The translations under genes and the position numbers were made by a program. Positions 9,764 to 20,955 of a stretch of 64,000 nt of DNA are shown here, piece after piece (position 1 is the first letter of the stretch; each line of letters opens with the position of its first letter). Location: the IMG/VR virus record IMGVR_UViG_3300013936_000014; one strand, written 5' to 3'. This stretch comes from a virus. Lineage: Duplodnaviria > Caudoviricetes. Under the pieces are notes generated by a model that saw nothing but the letters and a program-made list of their open reading frames with translations, did not search any database and was not told the origin of the DNA.

Positions 9764-11059
9764 TTATTCGTTTGCGCCCCCGCCGTCTATCGTCAAGGTC
9801 TTCGTGCCTTGCTTCAGAAGATCGGTAGAGACTTCTTTGATGCTGAACGCGTGGTTCTCGTCCAATTCCAAACCGCCGTTCTCTTTCGCGGTGTAGGCGA
9901 CAGCGGCAGGAACCTCGACATAGGCTTTCCCTTCTTCGTCGAGTTTCAGAGAAGCTTCGCCGGCAGCGGCTTCGTGTCCGATCTTGATCGCGCCCAAAGC
10001 GTCTGCGGTGGCTTGCGGAAGAGCCTCGACTCCCCATTTGCCGCCTCTGTAAGAGACAAGGCCGTCGCCCGTCAGGGTGATCTTGTCTTGCTTGTTTTCC
10101 CATCCTTTGATGGCGATAGGGGTTCCTTCTTCCTCTCCTTTCTTCAAGGTGAGTTTGCCGTCTTCCGGGCTCTCCAGGACATAAGCCGGGATCGCCGCGA
10201 CTTTCGTGTCGACCAATGCGTTGACGCTGTCATCGAAATCGGTGATGTCTGCGTGCGTGTGCGTGTGGTCGGCGGCGGCTGCGCCGATATCAGCGACGGC
10301 CAAGGTGATGTTCTCACTCAGGGCTTTGCCGTTGATCGTTCTGGTGAGCGGGACGTAAGTGGAGGCGGCCTCGGTCTTCGTGAGGTGAGAGCCTTCGTCG
10401 CCAAGCTCTATCCATTTCGTTCCATTGTAGACGAACTCTTTTTTGCCAAAGAGGCAGACATCGCCGGACTCGAATGATTCGACCCCTTCCACGGTGGCTC
10501 CGCCTTCAGAGGACGGATCGGTGGTGGAGGTGCCGACGAAATGCATCGCTCCGGTTATTCCGGCAAGCTTGCCTTCGGCCGCGGTGACCCTTGTGTCTAA
10601 GCCAGTTATGGCATCGGCATTCGTTTTTTCGGCGGCTTTTGCCCTATCAGCCTCGGCGGTGATCTTCGCTTCCACCCCGTCAAGCTTCGCTTTGTCTTCT
10701 TTTGACATCAAGCCGTCTTTTTCGGTCGTTGCGAGGATCAGCTTGCCCTCAATGGTCGTGCAGCGAGTCTCGAGAGCGCTCACTTTGCTTGCCAATTCGT
10801 CCGCGCTGGACGCTTGACCGAATTTCGTCAAGGTCTTGCCGGCATTGATTTGATACAAGCCAACCCCGGCTTCGCTATCCTTGACGATCAAGAGCTGACC
10901 GATGTAATAAGCGCTGTCCGAACTGCCTACTTCGGCAGCTCCGGACGCGGCTTGGACCGCATCGTCGTAACTTTCGAAATAACTATTGGCGTCTAACGGG
11001 AACGCGGAGGTTCTGTTGAAACCAACAGCGAAATTCAATTTACCAAATTCCATTGACAT
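9764..11059 (-). CDS. Tail fibre/structural protein
   Basis: DGLMSKEDKAKLD repeat, HTHTHADITDF His motif, WIELGDEG motif shared with 7950-9701. Confidence 0.7.
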   Translation of the reverse strand: MSMEFGKLNFAVGFNRTSAFPLDANSYFESYDDAVQAASGAAEVGSSDSAYYIGQLLIVKDSEAGVGLYQINAGKTLTKFGQASSADELASKVSALETRCTTIEGKLILATTEKDGLMSKEDKAKLDGVEAKITAEADRAKAAEKTNADAITGLDTRVTAAEGKLAGITGAMHFVGTSTTDPSSEGGATVEGVESFESGDVCLFGKKEFVYNGTKWIELGDEGSHLTKTEAASTYVPLTRTINGKALSENITLAVADIGAAAADHTHTHADITDFDDSVNALVDTKVAAIPAYVLESPEDGKLTLKKGEEEGTPIAIKGWENKQDKITLTGDGLVSYRGGKWGVEALPQATADALGAIKIGHEAAAGEASLKLDEEGKAYVEVPAAVAYTAKENGGLELDENHAFSIKEVSTDLLKQGTKTLTIDGGGANE

Positions 11060-11076
11060 ATTTCCTTACCCCCTCA

Positions 11077-12144
11077 TCAAGCAACCGTGAAATGCCATTT
11101 GTTGGCTTTGTCGCAGGCTGCTGCATTGTCCTTATAATAGACATTATAGGATTTGGCCGTATAGCCGTTGGCGCCTTCAACATCCACAGTGATGTGCTTG
11201 AATGCGCTGAAAGCTTCGGCATTCAAACCGTTCACGTCTTTGATCGACGTGATCGTCCTTGGCGCCGGAACGGCGATGATGACTCTCATATCGCCGACGG
11301 ATTCAGCCGCATCTCCGGTATTGCCGGCGGAAATCGATCCGCCTTTTTTGCCGGACAATCCGCGAATGACGGCGCTCGTTGGGGTGCCTTCCTTCGATTT
11401 GACACCGCCCCAGAAGCTGTTCCGGTAACCAGTGATGGCAGATGAGGTGGAGCTCTTCGTGCCCGCTTTGATTGCCAGATCAGGCTTCTCAGTGCCTAAA
11501 TTGTTCTTAGGGCTTACGCCTGCGGTGTGGGTTGCCACAACGCTCACTTTATAATTGGTGTCATCAGCGACGGTGAATTGATAATTGCCGTCTTCCACGG
11601 CGAAATTGCCGCTGTCGGCGGTAGCGGTGTGCTTATCGGTGTCAGAAACCGCAAAAGTGGCGGTAACCCCCGTAGCAGGGCCATATTGATAACTGCCGCT
11701 GCCAAAACCGACCTGATAGCTGGGGGTGATGACCGTGCCGACCTCTTTTGCCCCAGCCTCATTCAATCTGATACTGACCCAAGGTTGGTCGACTTTAGGA
11801 TCTTTCGCCGAAGCGAACAGCCCGGATAAGAATTCCTTCAATGTCTTGTCTTTGGCGGCTATCGTTCCGCTTCCGGAAGCCGGCACGGTGAAAGTGCCAA
11901 TATTGACGGTCGCGGTGAAATCGCTTGTCATTTTGACGTTTTCGTCGGTGAGCTCTATCTCGTCTTTGACCGCGTAAGGAAGCTCTTCCCAAGTCTTAAC
12001 GCCATCACCGATCTTGAATTTGTTCGTATCGGTCTCAACGCCAATCTCACCCGCCAAGAGAATGACGCTCTTATTGGCCAGCCAGTTGGCCGCGGTGTCA
12101 TGACGAAGCTGAATTTTCATTTTCAAAATACTGTTTTCAGCCAT
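11077..12144 (-). CDS. Structural protein with Mtd_N-type N-terminal domain
   Basis: KIQLRHDTAANW...GEIGVETDTNKFKIGDGVKTWEELPY. Confidence 0.8.
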   Translation of the reverse strand: MAENSILKMKIQLRHDTAANWLANKSVILLAGEIGVETDTNKFKIGDGVKTWEELPYAVKDEIELTDENVKMTSDFTATVNIGTFTVPASGSGTIAAKDKTLKEFLSGLFASAKDPKVDQPWVSIRLNEAGAKEVGTVITPSYQVGFGSGSYQYGPATGVTATFAVSDTDKHTATADSGNFAVEDGNYQFTVADDTNYKVSVVATHTAGVSPKNNLGTEKPDLAIKAGTKSSTSSAITGYRNSFWGGVKSKEGTPTSAVIRGLSGKKGGSISAGNTGDAAESVGDMRVIIAVPAPRTITSIKDVNGLNAEAFSAFKHITVDVEGANGYTAKSYNVYYKDNAAACDKANKWHFTVA

Positions 12145-12191
12145 AACTTCTAATTTCCTCCTCCTGAAAATGTGCCTTTTGGACAACACGG

Positions 12192-12797
12192 TCACAAACC
12201 GTTGCTGTCTCCCCCGAAAAGAATTACGGAACTCTCGTCGGATTCCCCGTTGAGAACATTCACTATGTCTTGCTTCGCGGTGGGCGAATCGGTGAGCTTC
12301 GCCGCTTTGACATATGCCAGCCCGTTTTCTTCGACCTTGACATAATTCCTTTCACCGTCTTCGGAGGTCTCGACCTTTGAGGATCTTATGCCTCCTATTG
12401 CATCTTCCGTGGCGATTTTCGCATCGAGGCTGGTGGCCCCAGCGGCATGCCATTCATTCTCGCTCCAGAAGTATAGCAAATAATTTTTCCCGTCTTCCGA
12501 AAGCACCGCATAAAGGGCGTTTTCGCTCGCCTCGTCTTCTTTTGGCAAAGAGCTCACGACCTCAAGCCTGAGGGACGGGATGTCCCCGGCGCCGAATATC
12601 GATTGCCCGCCTATCGTCTTGACGTCCAACGGCGTCTGTCCTTCCAACGGCTCTCCTTTCCGATAAAGATAAAGCTTTCCGTCTACGGCGACGATGTCCG
12701 TGGGGGCCTGCTCCGTGGCGATTATGCCTGCGCTCGAAAGCCTGATTCTCTTTTTTATTACCAAATTGATTTCCGAGTTTTCCTTGTCTAATGACAT
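12192..12797 (-). CDS. Putative fibre/structural protein
   Basis: KTIGGQSIFGAGDI and VVSSLP...ENALY...W fibre-type motifs; position in the fibre cluster. Confidence 0.6.
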   Translation of the reverse strand: MSLDKENSEINLVIKKRIRLSSAGIIATEQAPTDIVAVDGKLYLYRKGEPLEGQTPLDVKTIGGQSIFGAGDIPSLRLEVVSSLPKEDEASENALYAVLSEDGKNYLLYFWSENEWHAAGATSLDAKIATEDAIGGIRSSKVETSEDGERNYVKVEENGLAYVKAAKLTDSPTAKQDIVNVLNGESDESSVILFGGDSNGL

Positions 12798-13222
12798 ATT
12801 TCTACCTCCGCTTTGTTGTTGACGCAAATCGTGGTAATATCCGTCGACACGGAACCATTCTCATCTTTGCGCACGTATCTCACGCAATAAGTGTATTTCC
12901 CGCGATGAAATTTATGGGAAATATCCTTGGTGAACTCCAAAGAAGCCACGTGGTAGTTCTCCGACCCATTGTCATTGCTTATGTTTTTGCAGATGAAAGA
13001 GTGGATCACCTCTTTCCTTCCGTTGTAGAAAGTCACAACTACCTGGTCATTTGGTCCGAAATCGATCAATTTGTTGACCTGGTTGCCTTTCTCATCGGTC
13101 TCCTGCTCTACGAGGTTGATTTCCATGTCGACAGCGAAAGTGTCCCCATAGAACCACTTCAGCACGCCCTTGTCCATGCGAGGACTCTGGGGCGCAGGAA
13201 CCATAATATTCTCATCTTCCAT
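12788..13222 (-). CDS. Putative baseplate upper/fibre-anchoring protein (BppU-like)
   Basis: GDTF...GKYTYCV pattern; first gene of the fibre cluster. Confidence 0.45.
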   Translation of the reverse strand: MEDENIMVPAPQSPRMDKGVLKWFYGDTFAVDMEINLVEQETDEKGNQVNKLIDFGPNDQVVVTFYNGRKEVIHSFICKNISNDNGSENYHVASLEFTKDISHKFHRGKYTYCVRYVRKDENGSVSTDITTICVNNKAEVEICH

Positions 13223-13331
13223 AATTAAGCCCTCCGCGTTGAGATTCCTTTTTCGCAAGAAACCTTTGTTGAGGGAGCTTGAAATCCGAACCCCCTCTGA
13301 AAGATCCCTTGCAGACCTCTTTAAAACCATG

Positions 13332-13823
13332 TCATCCATGGTTCTTCGTATCGCTTTCCCTCATCTTTTTCAGATTCAGTATTCTTTGGTTGGAACTGCC
13401 TCTCCAAAGAAGTTTGCCTCTGCCCGGATTCAGGGCATCCACATAAGGACCGTCGATGAGCACGTCTATATATCTCATCATTTCAAGATCCTTGATGTCC
13501 TCATAGAGGAATCCCGTATAAACCCATATGGTCTTGTCGGGATAGCGTTCTTTTATCCATTTCATGATTTCGGCGCCTTCCTCTCTGTTTGACGGGAAAG
13601 TGACCTCCCCTCCAGAAAAAGTGACGCCCGAGATCTCTTCTCTTCTCAATTGCTCATCAAGAGCGTCGTACAGCCATTCCCCGACAGGGGTGCCGACATT
13701 GGGGTCCCATGTCTCCGGATTATGGCAATGCGGGCATCGATGGCTGCAGCCAGCGCACCATATCACGCATCTGAGCCCATCCCCATTGACCTGATTGTTC
13801 CTCTCAAATCTGATGATGTTCAT
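13332..13823 (-). CDS. nrdG: Anaerobic ribonucleotide reductase activating protein
   Basis: NGDGLRCVIWCAGCSHRCPHCHNPETW, SGGE, DVLIDGPY and RGSSNQR motifs. ATG overlaps the nrdD TGA. Confidence 0.95.
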   Translation of the reverse strand: MNIIRFERNNQVNGDGLRCVIWCAGCSHRCPHCHNPETWDPNVGTPVGEWLYDALDEQLRREEISGVTFSGGEVTFPSNREEGAEIMKWIKERYPDKTIWVYTGFLYEDIKDLEMMRYIDVLIDGPYVDALNPGRGKLLWRGSSNQRILNLKKMRESDTKNHG

Positions 13824-16355
13824 CACATGGACCTTCTGTCTTTCACTTCCGCCATTTTGGCGTCGTTCATTTTCGTGGTGCCCTCCACTTTGGAATAGCC
13901 GAGGTATCCGCACACCCTGTTTATGGTGGTGAGGTTATGGGACCCGCAGAAACCGCAGACCTCGTCGGCATCGTCGGTCTCGTTCCCACAGTCCTCACAA
14001 TAGGATTTCTCTATGTTCACACCGAAATAATATCCCAATTTCATCGCGCGCCTTATGCATTGTTTGATATATGCCTCATTCATCCCAGAGACGAAACGGC
14101 AATATTGGATGTGCCCGCCGCTCGCGATATGGAAATATCGGAATTCCGCGTCCTGCTTCTCATAAGGCGTAATATCCTCGGTCACATGCATATGAAAGGA
14201 ATTCGTGAAATACGCCCTATCAGACACTTTGTGGATCACGCCATATTTCTTCACGAATTGCTCTCGCTGAGTCCCACAAAGAGACTCTGCCGGAGTCCCA
14301 TAAAGGGCCGCTATATAACACAGTTTTCCTTCTTGATATTCTATTTTTTTCTCATCGACATAGTTGCTTATGTATTTAAGGACTTTGTAAGCAAAAGCAT
14401 CTTCGTCGTTTCTCACGTCATACAAAGATTTCCCGTTATAAAGTTCTTGCAGCTCGTTCAAAGCGGTGAATCCATAAGAGAAGGTTATCCTCTTGACAAG
14501 AGGAGCGATGTCGTCTGTCGGCTTGAGGCGTCCAAAACCGCCTTCGCAATATCCGACCGGATTGCAGCTCGCTTTCAGTTTGCATAAGAAATCGAACGTT
14601 TTTATATGGAGATGGTTGATCATATCAAGATAATAATCAAGCACTTCATAAAATCCTTTTTTCTCTTTCAATGATTTCTCATAAATCATCGGAAGATTCA
14701 AAGAAATTGCGCCGCCGTTAAAACGCCCGGTAAATATCGGCCTGTCTTCATCGCTGGCCGGCTTCAATCCGCCCTTCTCATAATAGGCGGACAAGTAGGC
14801 TCTACACGTTTTATCGAATGTCACCATTCGCACTGACTATATTATCAGCTTTCGCTGTTTCCTATTTGGACTCGGTGCTTATCTCCGAGTCTACTCCGTT
14901 ACATTCATCGCGGATAGTCGATACAGGTTCCTAATCTTTTTATAACCAATAAGATTAAGCTTCTCACGGTCTCATCTTATTTCTAAGACCTAACCGTTAG
15001 CAGCGACTAGTGTCGCCACACCCCCGAGCGGGGTTAAGGAAATTTAAGATGGGCTGTAGTTTGCGCTTACCCATCGGGCTGATAATCGAATCAACCCATT
15101 CAGGATTCTCCTGAACATTCTCGTTCTTATCCAAATACCATCTGGACACTCCGAATTTATGATATTTCTTGAATATGTTTGCAATCTGCGGGTCGTAATG
15201 AGGAGCGTGGGCGCCTTTGATCAAAGTCTCGTCCGGCTCATCGAGCGACAGCCAGTCCGGATACATTGCCACACAGGAAGTCTTCACGCCTTCGTTGAAC
15301 AACCATTCTAATGGCTTGCCTTCCCCATGGAGTTCTTTCGTATAAAGGAACACCATCTTCGGGAAGATCGCCGGACGTTTGTGGCCAGGATGTCCTTGTC
15401 CTTCGCGTCTGACTTTCAGTGCCGTGGACCAAACCAGAGCGCCGAATCTCGTTTCGTCACATCCGCCGGTGACGGTGATGAACGGGTAATCGCCGCGGCT
15501 TGAAGCCACAGTGTTGAACGTATGCTCGAATCCCTGGAATACCTGCTCGATATCCCTTTCGACTTTCTTGATCGCGTACTGATCCGCCGCATGCTCATCG
15601 TAATTGCCGTTCGTCAAAGCGCAGAGCGTTTTGTACTCGAGCATGTATTTGTCATAGGTTTTTTCGGCATAGGGGGCCAAGATCGAATCTATCTCCGGCA
15701 ATGTGAACCCCCCGTATTGCTGAGCCGCGCAATTCAGCGTGATGTCGCTGATCAGATTGCCTGCGGTTCGCACATCTTTAGGCTCATTGTAACCTATATG
15801 CTCCCACTCAAATCCGCCTTGCAATACTTTACCCATATCGAATAAACAGCAGTTTCCTGTGTCCAGCCTAGCGGACAGATCATGTATATAAATATACCCG
15901 TCGCTCATGGCGGACAATTCCTCTTTGCTGAGAAAATTCTTTTTGTAGATCTCTTTATTCAACGCGGAATACACCATGCTTCTCTTCGTGGAGACGAGAG
16001 CCGCCGATGTGTTCGCGTTGCTGCGATCTATCTTGTAATTCATTTCATCCGCCGTTTTGAGGACGTTATCCATCATTTTGATGAAATCTTCCTTGTAGTT
16101 GCGGTAATCCCTATATGCCTTCGCGACATCTTTATTCACTTTATCCAAAGCGCACTCCACGAAATTGTGCATCTTGGCCACAGGGATATTATCTTGTCCG
16201 TCTTTCTCGATTTCTTCTCCGATGAACCTCTTTATGTCTTCGAGGTCTTTGCCAGACAAAGAGATATTCACCCTATCCGCCGACTTACTCACCGCGGATC
16301 TGATTTTCTCGAAATCGAAAGGGACACAATGATTGTCTTTTTTAATAACATTCAT
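13823..16355 (-). CDS. nrdD: Anaerobic (class III) ribonucleotide reductase; exons 15069-16355 and 13823-14806, 756 aa spliced
   Basis: N-terminal ATP cone, IYIHDL, TPAESL, YFTNSFH and the RVCGYL glycyl-radical motif. Removing the intron restores SPMG|CRAYL. Confidence 0.95.
14807..15068 (-). ncRNA. ORF-less group I intron in nrdD (262 nt)
   Basis: 5' exon ends in U (GGU) and pairs with downstream GCCCAUC (P1). Intron ends in omega-G (AAAACG). P7 elements UCGACUA and AUAUAGUC are present, and splicing is in frame. Confidence 0.92.
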
Positions 16356-16406
16356 AAGATGATGTCTCCTTTTCAGAAAAGATTATACGATAAAAAACTT
16401 GCGGAA

Positions 16407-17135
16407 TCAAGCTTTTTGCTTTCCTTCCTGTTTCTCTTCGTTGTCTTTTTCCGTTTTCCCATCGGCTCCGCCGGCTTTGTTCTTCGTGTTAATTGGGGCA
16501 GAGATGCCAAGAGTGGAATATATCTCTTTGTCAAGGGCATTACCAAGAGCCTCGTCTCCCACGGCCTGCTTCAAAGCCTGCCAATGAGGATCTTCCCCAT
16601 TGAGGATGCTCTTCATGTCAGACAGCATCTCGGGGGTGAGGGTCTTCGTCGCCTTGTCCATTTGCTTGACCAACTCGTCTATTTTCTCGCTGGAGAAATT
16701 ATCCGCCGCTTCCGTGATTTTGTAGATGTTCCCGAAATTCACCATTTTGTCGATCAGATCACACAGACGGGCGAAATCGGCACCGCAGAATTTCATGATA
16801 TAGTCGATGAAGCCGAATTCGCACAGGGCGTCATAAATCGTCTCATCCGCGACGAAACTGCCCAAATCATTCTCCAGATTGATGCAATATTCCAAGATTC
16901 CGTACATCGTTTCCGCCACCATAAGATGGACGGCGGATTTCACCATATCCCTCTCAACATTGAAGATGTTGGCGGATATGATGGACGCGCAGATCGCCTT
17001 CCTGTCTATGCTGAGATAGGGGATCACCTGCAGTTTCTGCATGTATTCGTGGACTTTCTTGTCGTTTTCTTCCGTTGGGTTCTTCTGGAACTCAAGGACA
17101 GAAGTCAGAATGTCAGTAAGTTTTATTTTATCCAT
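16407..17135 (-). CDS. Hypothetical phage protein (possible tail assembly factor)
   Basis: ORF with SD AAGGAG; context only. Confidence 0.55.
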   Translation of the reverse strand: MDKIKLTDILTSVLEFQKNPTEENDKKVHEYMQKLQVIPYLSIDRKAICASIISANIFNVERDMVKSAVHLMVAETMYGILEYCINLENDLGSFVADETIYDALCEFGFIDYIMKFCGADFARLCDLIDKMVNFGNIYKITEAADNFSSEKIDELVKQMDKATKTLTPEMLSDMKSILNGEDPHWQALKQAVGDEALGNALDKEIYSTLGISAPINTKNKAGGADGKTEKDNEEKQEGKQKA

Positions 17136-17155
17136 ATTGTTTTTCTCCTTTTGCC

Positions 17156-18166
17156 TCATTCCTGCTGAACAGGCTTTTTTGAGAAGAAATCGCTCAGGAT
17201 CTCCTCATCGCTCACATCATTGTATATCTTTATCATATCGGGGCTGGACCAAGAGAATATAAGGGTCACGACCGAATCCGGGAGGTGCATGCTCTTCAGC
17301 AAAGTGCAGAAATAATGCCTGCCGGAATGGCTGTAGAAATCTATCCCGAATTTTTTCGAGATCCTTCTGGCGAACATATTCGCGGTGGAGACATTGGCGG
17401 GCACCCATTTGCCGTCTTTTTCGGTGACGAACAGATAGTCGTTTTCTATGCCCAGGTTATTCCTTTCCTCCATCCAGTTCCTCAAATAAGGGTCGAAACT
17501 GTCTTTTATGACGTATTTTTTGATCAATTTTCCGATTTTGCCTCTGCCTTTCGATCTGATTTGGGGGGTGCAGTACATATATCCGTCGAAAACCTCGTTC
17601 TCTTTCGTGAAAAAAGAGGCCTTCATCTGAAGCATCTCCGATTTCCTCGCACCGCAGGAGCATACCAAAGCCACATAACAGGCCAATTGGTATTCCTTTT
17701 CGGCCGTAAGCGTGTCCAGCATGCTCTTGACCTCTTCGTTGGAAAGAACCGTTTTTTCCCTCACCGTCGTGATATGCACGGGCTCAAGCCCTCTGAGCTG
17801 ATTATGAAAATTCGGATATTCGTCCTCGTAAAGAAGCTCAATCTCGGTGGAAAGACTGCTGAGGCATGATTTCAAGGAGGCAATTCTGTTGGGGCTCATC
17901 CCCAACTCTCTCAAATACCCGAAATAGAATACAAAATCCCTCTTTTTCAGGTCGACGAAAAACTTATCGCCGTTCTCCCTATAATTCCAGCAGAAGAAGA
18001 CCTTGAGCCACGCCTCGTATTGCTGCTGCGTTTTCGGGGATTTGTCGTTGCTTTTGCAATATTGCAGATATTCCTTCACCAGCCGTCTGTTCTGAGGCGA
18101 GACCTTTTCGTAATCGCTGGTGAGGTTGTCGTTGTATACCGTTGATCTTGCCATGGTAGATTTCAC
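17156..18166 (-). CDS. Tyrosine recombinase/integrase family protein
   Basis: CGARKSE (R), RSKG (K), HSGRH (HxxR), and W...MIKIY (catalytic Y). Confidence 0.9.
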   Translation of the reverse strand: MKSTMARSTVYNDNLTSDYEKVSPQNRRLVKEYLQYCKSNDKSPKTQQQYEAWLKVFFCWNYRENGDKFFVDLKKRDFVFYFGYLRELGMSPNRIASLKSCLSSLSTEIELLYEDEYPNFHNQLRGLEPVHITTVREKTVLSNEEVKSMLDTLTAEKEYQLACYVALVCSCGARKSEMLQMKASFFTKENEVFDGYMYCTPQIRSKGRGKIGKLIKKYVIKDSFDPYLRNWMEERNNLGIENDYLFVTEKDGKWVPANVSTANMFARRISKKFGIDFYSHSGRHYFCTLLKSMHLPDSVVTLIFSWSSPDMIKIYNDVSDEEILSDFFSKKPVQQE

Positions 18167-18168
18167 CC

Positions 18169-19020
18169 CTATAACTCAGTCACGACATCAGACACCGTTA
18201 AACCTGTAAAGGCAGAAGTGGCATTAACGGTATTAAACAAAACCCCCATATCTTCACTAGTGTCGGGATAATATAAAATGGTGTTCTTAGAATTATCATA
18301 TTGTATTTTTTCTATGATTGTTTTTATTTTAGCTGTCGTATCTACATAAACGCCTGTAACATAAACAACCCCATTATTGCCGAAAACTTCAGGAAATTGA
18401 CTTGGATTTTTAACTGCAGTTTTATCACTAGAATAAACTATGGCGTTTATAGAAGCGGACTTAGTCTGATCCTCGCTAGTCCAATACATGCTCAAGCTAT
18501 GGCTATAATATTCCTTTTGAGCGGCGCTGATGGTGCTGTCGCTTGAAATGGTGATGTTGCTTCCCGCCTTCAATTTGTTTTGTTTACCATTCAGGTCATT
18601 AGCGGTGGCCAATCTGACCCAATCGGCCCACGACGTCCCGTTGTATGTTCTTTCGTAGATTGAGCCGGTGTTCTGATTGCTGCTCACCAAAAACTGGGTG
18701 TACCAGCCTATGGCCGTTCTCACCACGGTCAGCCCGAAAGCCGCCACTCCCGAAGGTTTATTGGGGCTCTTATTGCCGCCATCGGCATAATATTTCCCTT
18801 CCCCAACCAAAGTATTCAAATCAATCCCTGCATCAAGAGCGCTTGCTGTAGCAGAGGCGGATCCTGCCGACCCACCAGATTCTCCGCCAGCGATATTGCC
18901 GACGAACATGGATTTCGTGATGGCTTTGATCTCTCCCGCTTTCAAATCACCGTAATCAGAGCTGCCAGCATCCGCGGCGGCCAGAAACGTTTTCGTTTTT
19001 TTATTGATTTTCTTTGCCAT
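18169..19020 (-). CDS. Fibre protein with pyocin-knob-like domain
   Basis: DLNTLVGEGKYY...NKPSG...IYERTYNGTSWADWV; KQNKLKAGSNITIS. Confidence 0.7.
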   Translation of the reverse strand: MAKKINKKTKTFLAAADAGSSDYGDLKAGEIKAITKSMFVGNIAGGESGGSAGSASATASALDAGIDLNTLVGEGKYYADGGNKSPNKPSGVAAFGLTVVRTAIGWYTQFLVSSNQNTGSIYERTYNGTSWADWVRLATANDLNGKQNKLKAGSNITISSDSTISAAQKEYYSHSLSMYWTSEDQTKSASINAIVYSSDKTAVKNPSQFPEVFGNNGVVYVTGVYVDTTAKIKTIIEKIQYDNSKNTILYYPDTSEDMGVLFNTVNATSAFTGLTVSDVVTEL

Positions 19021-19714
19021 ATTCTTCCTCCTTTAATCTTGGCGCCACTTTCATTCTCTCCAGCCTCTCGATCTCTTGGTCTAAGGCCGAGATGGCATGC
19101 GCGGCTTTCAATTCCTTTTTGTGACGTTTGACTTCTCGCATTCTTTCAGCGATGTCTTTGTCCCATTTGAATTCGCAGAGCGTTTTTGCCAAAAAGACGG
19201 CGTCTGTCTCATCCAAAGTCGTTGTTTTCAATTCGGCGGGGAATATGCCATACAGGTAATCCCTCACCATTTCTTTCGTTACTTTATCCCCGGCACCCAG
19301 ACCGTTGATATGCCTGAAATAAGCATGGGTGGTCGCCGGAGCCACCCCTTTGTAATCATAACAGGGTATCCCCCTTTCGTAACAGCAGACATCCAGAATT
19401 GCATGGCTTTTCGCCAAGGCGACGAAGGTCTGCACAGTTGACGACCCTCCATGAATCTGGGTTGGCATCATTTCCTTCGAGACGAAGTAATTTTCGCGTC
19501 CTATCTCCTTATCCAATTCATCAAAGAGCGCGTTTATCCTTGTTTTGAGCTCCGCGGCAGGAAGCTCTGTTCCGTCCTTTACCCTTATCACCGCGGTGCA
19601 CAGAGGCTCTTTTTTCGCGATGTTCCAGACGCATACTCCCGTGACCTTGCTGGCCAAATCGAACATGACAAGATATTTATAGGAATCCATTTTGTCTTTA
19701 AATTTAATCTCCAT
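19001..19714 (-). CDS. RuvC-like Holliday junction resolvase
   Basis: FDLASKVTGVCV N-terminal motif, central E, C-terminal DETDA. Confidence 0.7.
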   Translation of the reverse strand: MEIKFKDKMDSYKYLVMFDLASKVTGVCVWNIAKKEPLCTAVIRVKDGTELPAAELKTRINALFDELDKEIGRENYFVSKEMMPTQIHGGSSTVQTFVALAKSHAILDVCCYERGIPCYDYKGVAPATTHAYFRHINGLGAGDKVTKEMVRDYLYGIFPAELKTTTLDETDAVFLAKTLCEFKWDKDIAERMREVKRHKKELKAAHAISALDQEIERLERMKVAPRLKEEEYGKENQ

Positions 19715-19772
19715 AAAAATCCCCTTTTCAAAAAATACTATTGCCAATAATATGCTCTGAAAAGAGCATTTG

Positions 19773-19802
19773 AAAAAAGCGGACTTCATGTCCGCTTTTC
19801 TA
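19773..19802 (-). terminator. Intrinsic terminator
   Basis: AAAAGCGGAC-ATGAA-GTCCGCTTTTTT on the minus strand, after the glycosyltransferase. Confidence 0.65.
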
Positions 19803-19812
19803 TTACTTCCTT

Positions 19813-20955
19813 TTATCTCTTGCTCGGCTCATTGAGCTCTTTCTCCAACCTTTCCAAATTGTCCTTCAGCCTCAAATCGCCTTTGTCTTCCTCGTGCGCA
19901 AGCCTGGCGTACATCAGAGCCGTGTGTTTCGCACCCGCGTAATAATAGGCTATGCACAGCAGATCGGCGGGCTCGCTCGTCCAGCATCTGTCCCATTCGA
20001 GCCACGAATAGAGCCTTCTTGACTTCAGCAACGCCTCATTGATGATGTTAATCGCCTCTTCGTATCTTTTCTGGGAGATGTACACTTTCGCCAACTCAAG
20101 GTAATTGTCCCTGAATTCCGGGCTTTGCGCGATTCCTTGCTTGAAATCGACGATGGCTTTCTCTGGCATCCCCAAATCGACATGGCACTTGCCTTTGAAC
20201 ATGAACAAATCCGTTTTGCATGAATACAGATCATTCGCGCCGATATTCGGCATCACCGTCTTGTCTATGAATTCCAGGCACTTCTCTTTGTTTCCCGAAT
20301 AATAATACTCATGTGCGAGGTAAACCAGCCCATAGTAATCATCCGGGTTCTCCTTGGCTCTCAATTCCAGCAACGGAAGATAAGACGACCTTCCTTCTTT
20401 ATGCAAAGGATAATGATGCAGCCATATGTCATCGCTCACGGCGGTTCCGGATTCCCCATCATAAGAGGAATCCCCTCCCCAAGTCAGGGTTTCGTGCACC
20501 GGGTATCTCCAGAACCAGTTCCCGGAATTGTCATGGCATTTGTCATACCAGAAAACCCTAGCCGGACTCCCGTCCTGATTGTGGGACCATGCGTATTTGT
20601 ACCACATGCGATGCTTGTTCCCTTTGCCCCACGCCTCCCTGAATCTGTCGCCCCATCCGGGCTCCAAAACCTCATCAAGATCCGTGGAGATGCAGAAATC
20701 CGCGTCTTTGGGAATCATCCTCATGTTCGCGTTTCGGGCGACATCAAACCTCCAAGGCCTAACTTCCGCCTGAGACAGGATAATTTTCCGAGGGTATTTC
20801 GCCTGCCATTCCTTCAGCCGTTCCCAAGTACCATCGGAGCTGCCCGTATCGAGAATGCACAGGTAGTCCGCCTCCAGCATGGAATTCATCCATCTGTCGA
20901 CGTTCTGCAGCTCGTCCTTGCAGATTGTGTAGACCGCGACCTTGTATTGACCCAT
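19813..20955 (-). CDS. Family 2 glycosyltransferase with C-terminal TPR repeats
   Basis: LDTGSSDGT, FDVARN, DLDE and YPVHE motifs; helical TPR-like C-terminal half. Confidence 0.9.
   Translation of the reverse strand: MGQYKVAVYTICKDELQNVDRWMNSMLEADYLCILDTGSSDGTWERLKEWQAKYPRKIILSQAEVRPWRFDVARNANMRMIPKDADFCISTDLDEVLEPGWGDRFREAWGKGNKHRMWYKYAWSHNQDGSPARVFWYDKCHDNSGNWFWRYPVHETLTWGGDSSYDGESGTAVSDDIWLHHYPLHKEGRSSYLPLLELRAKENPDDYYGLVYLAHEYYYSGNKEKCLEFIDKTVMPNIGANDLYSCKTDLFMFKGKCHVDLGMPEKAIVDFKQGIAQSPEFRDNYLELAKVYISQKRYEEAINIINEALLKSRRLYSWLEWDRCWTSEPADLLCIAYYYAGAKHTALMYARLAHEEDKGDLRLKDNLERLEKELNEPSKR

Noticed and set aside
6510-12144. Diversity-generating retroelement suggested by Mtd_N domains
   Set aside because: No reverse transcriptase and no TR/VR pair with adenine-specific mismatches in the window. 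Mtd_N is only a structural N-terminal module.
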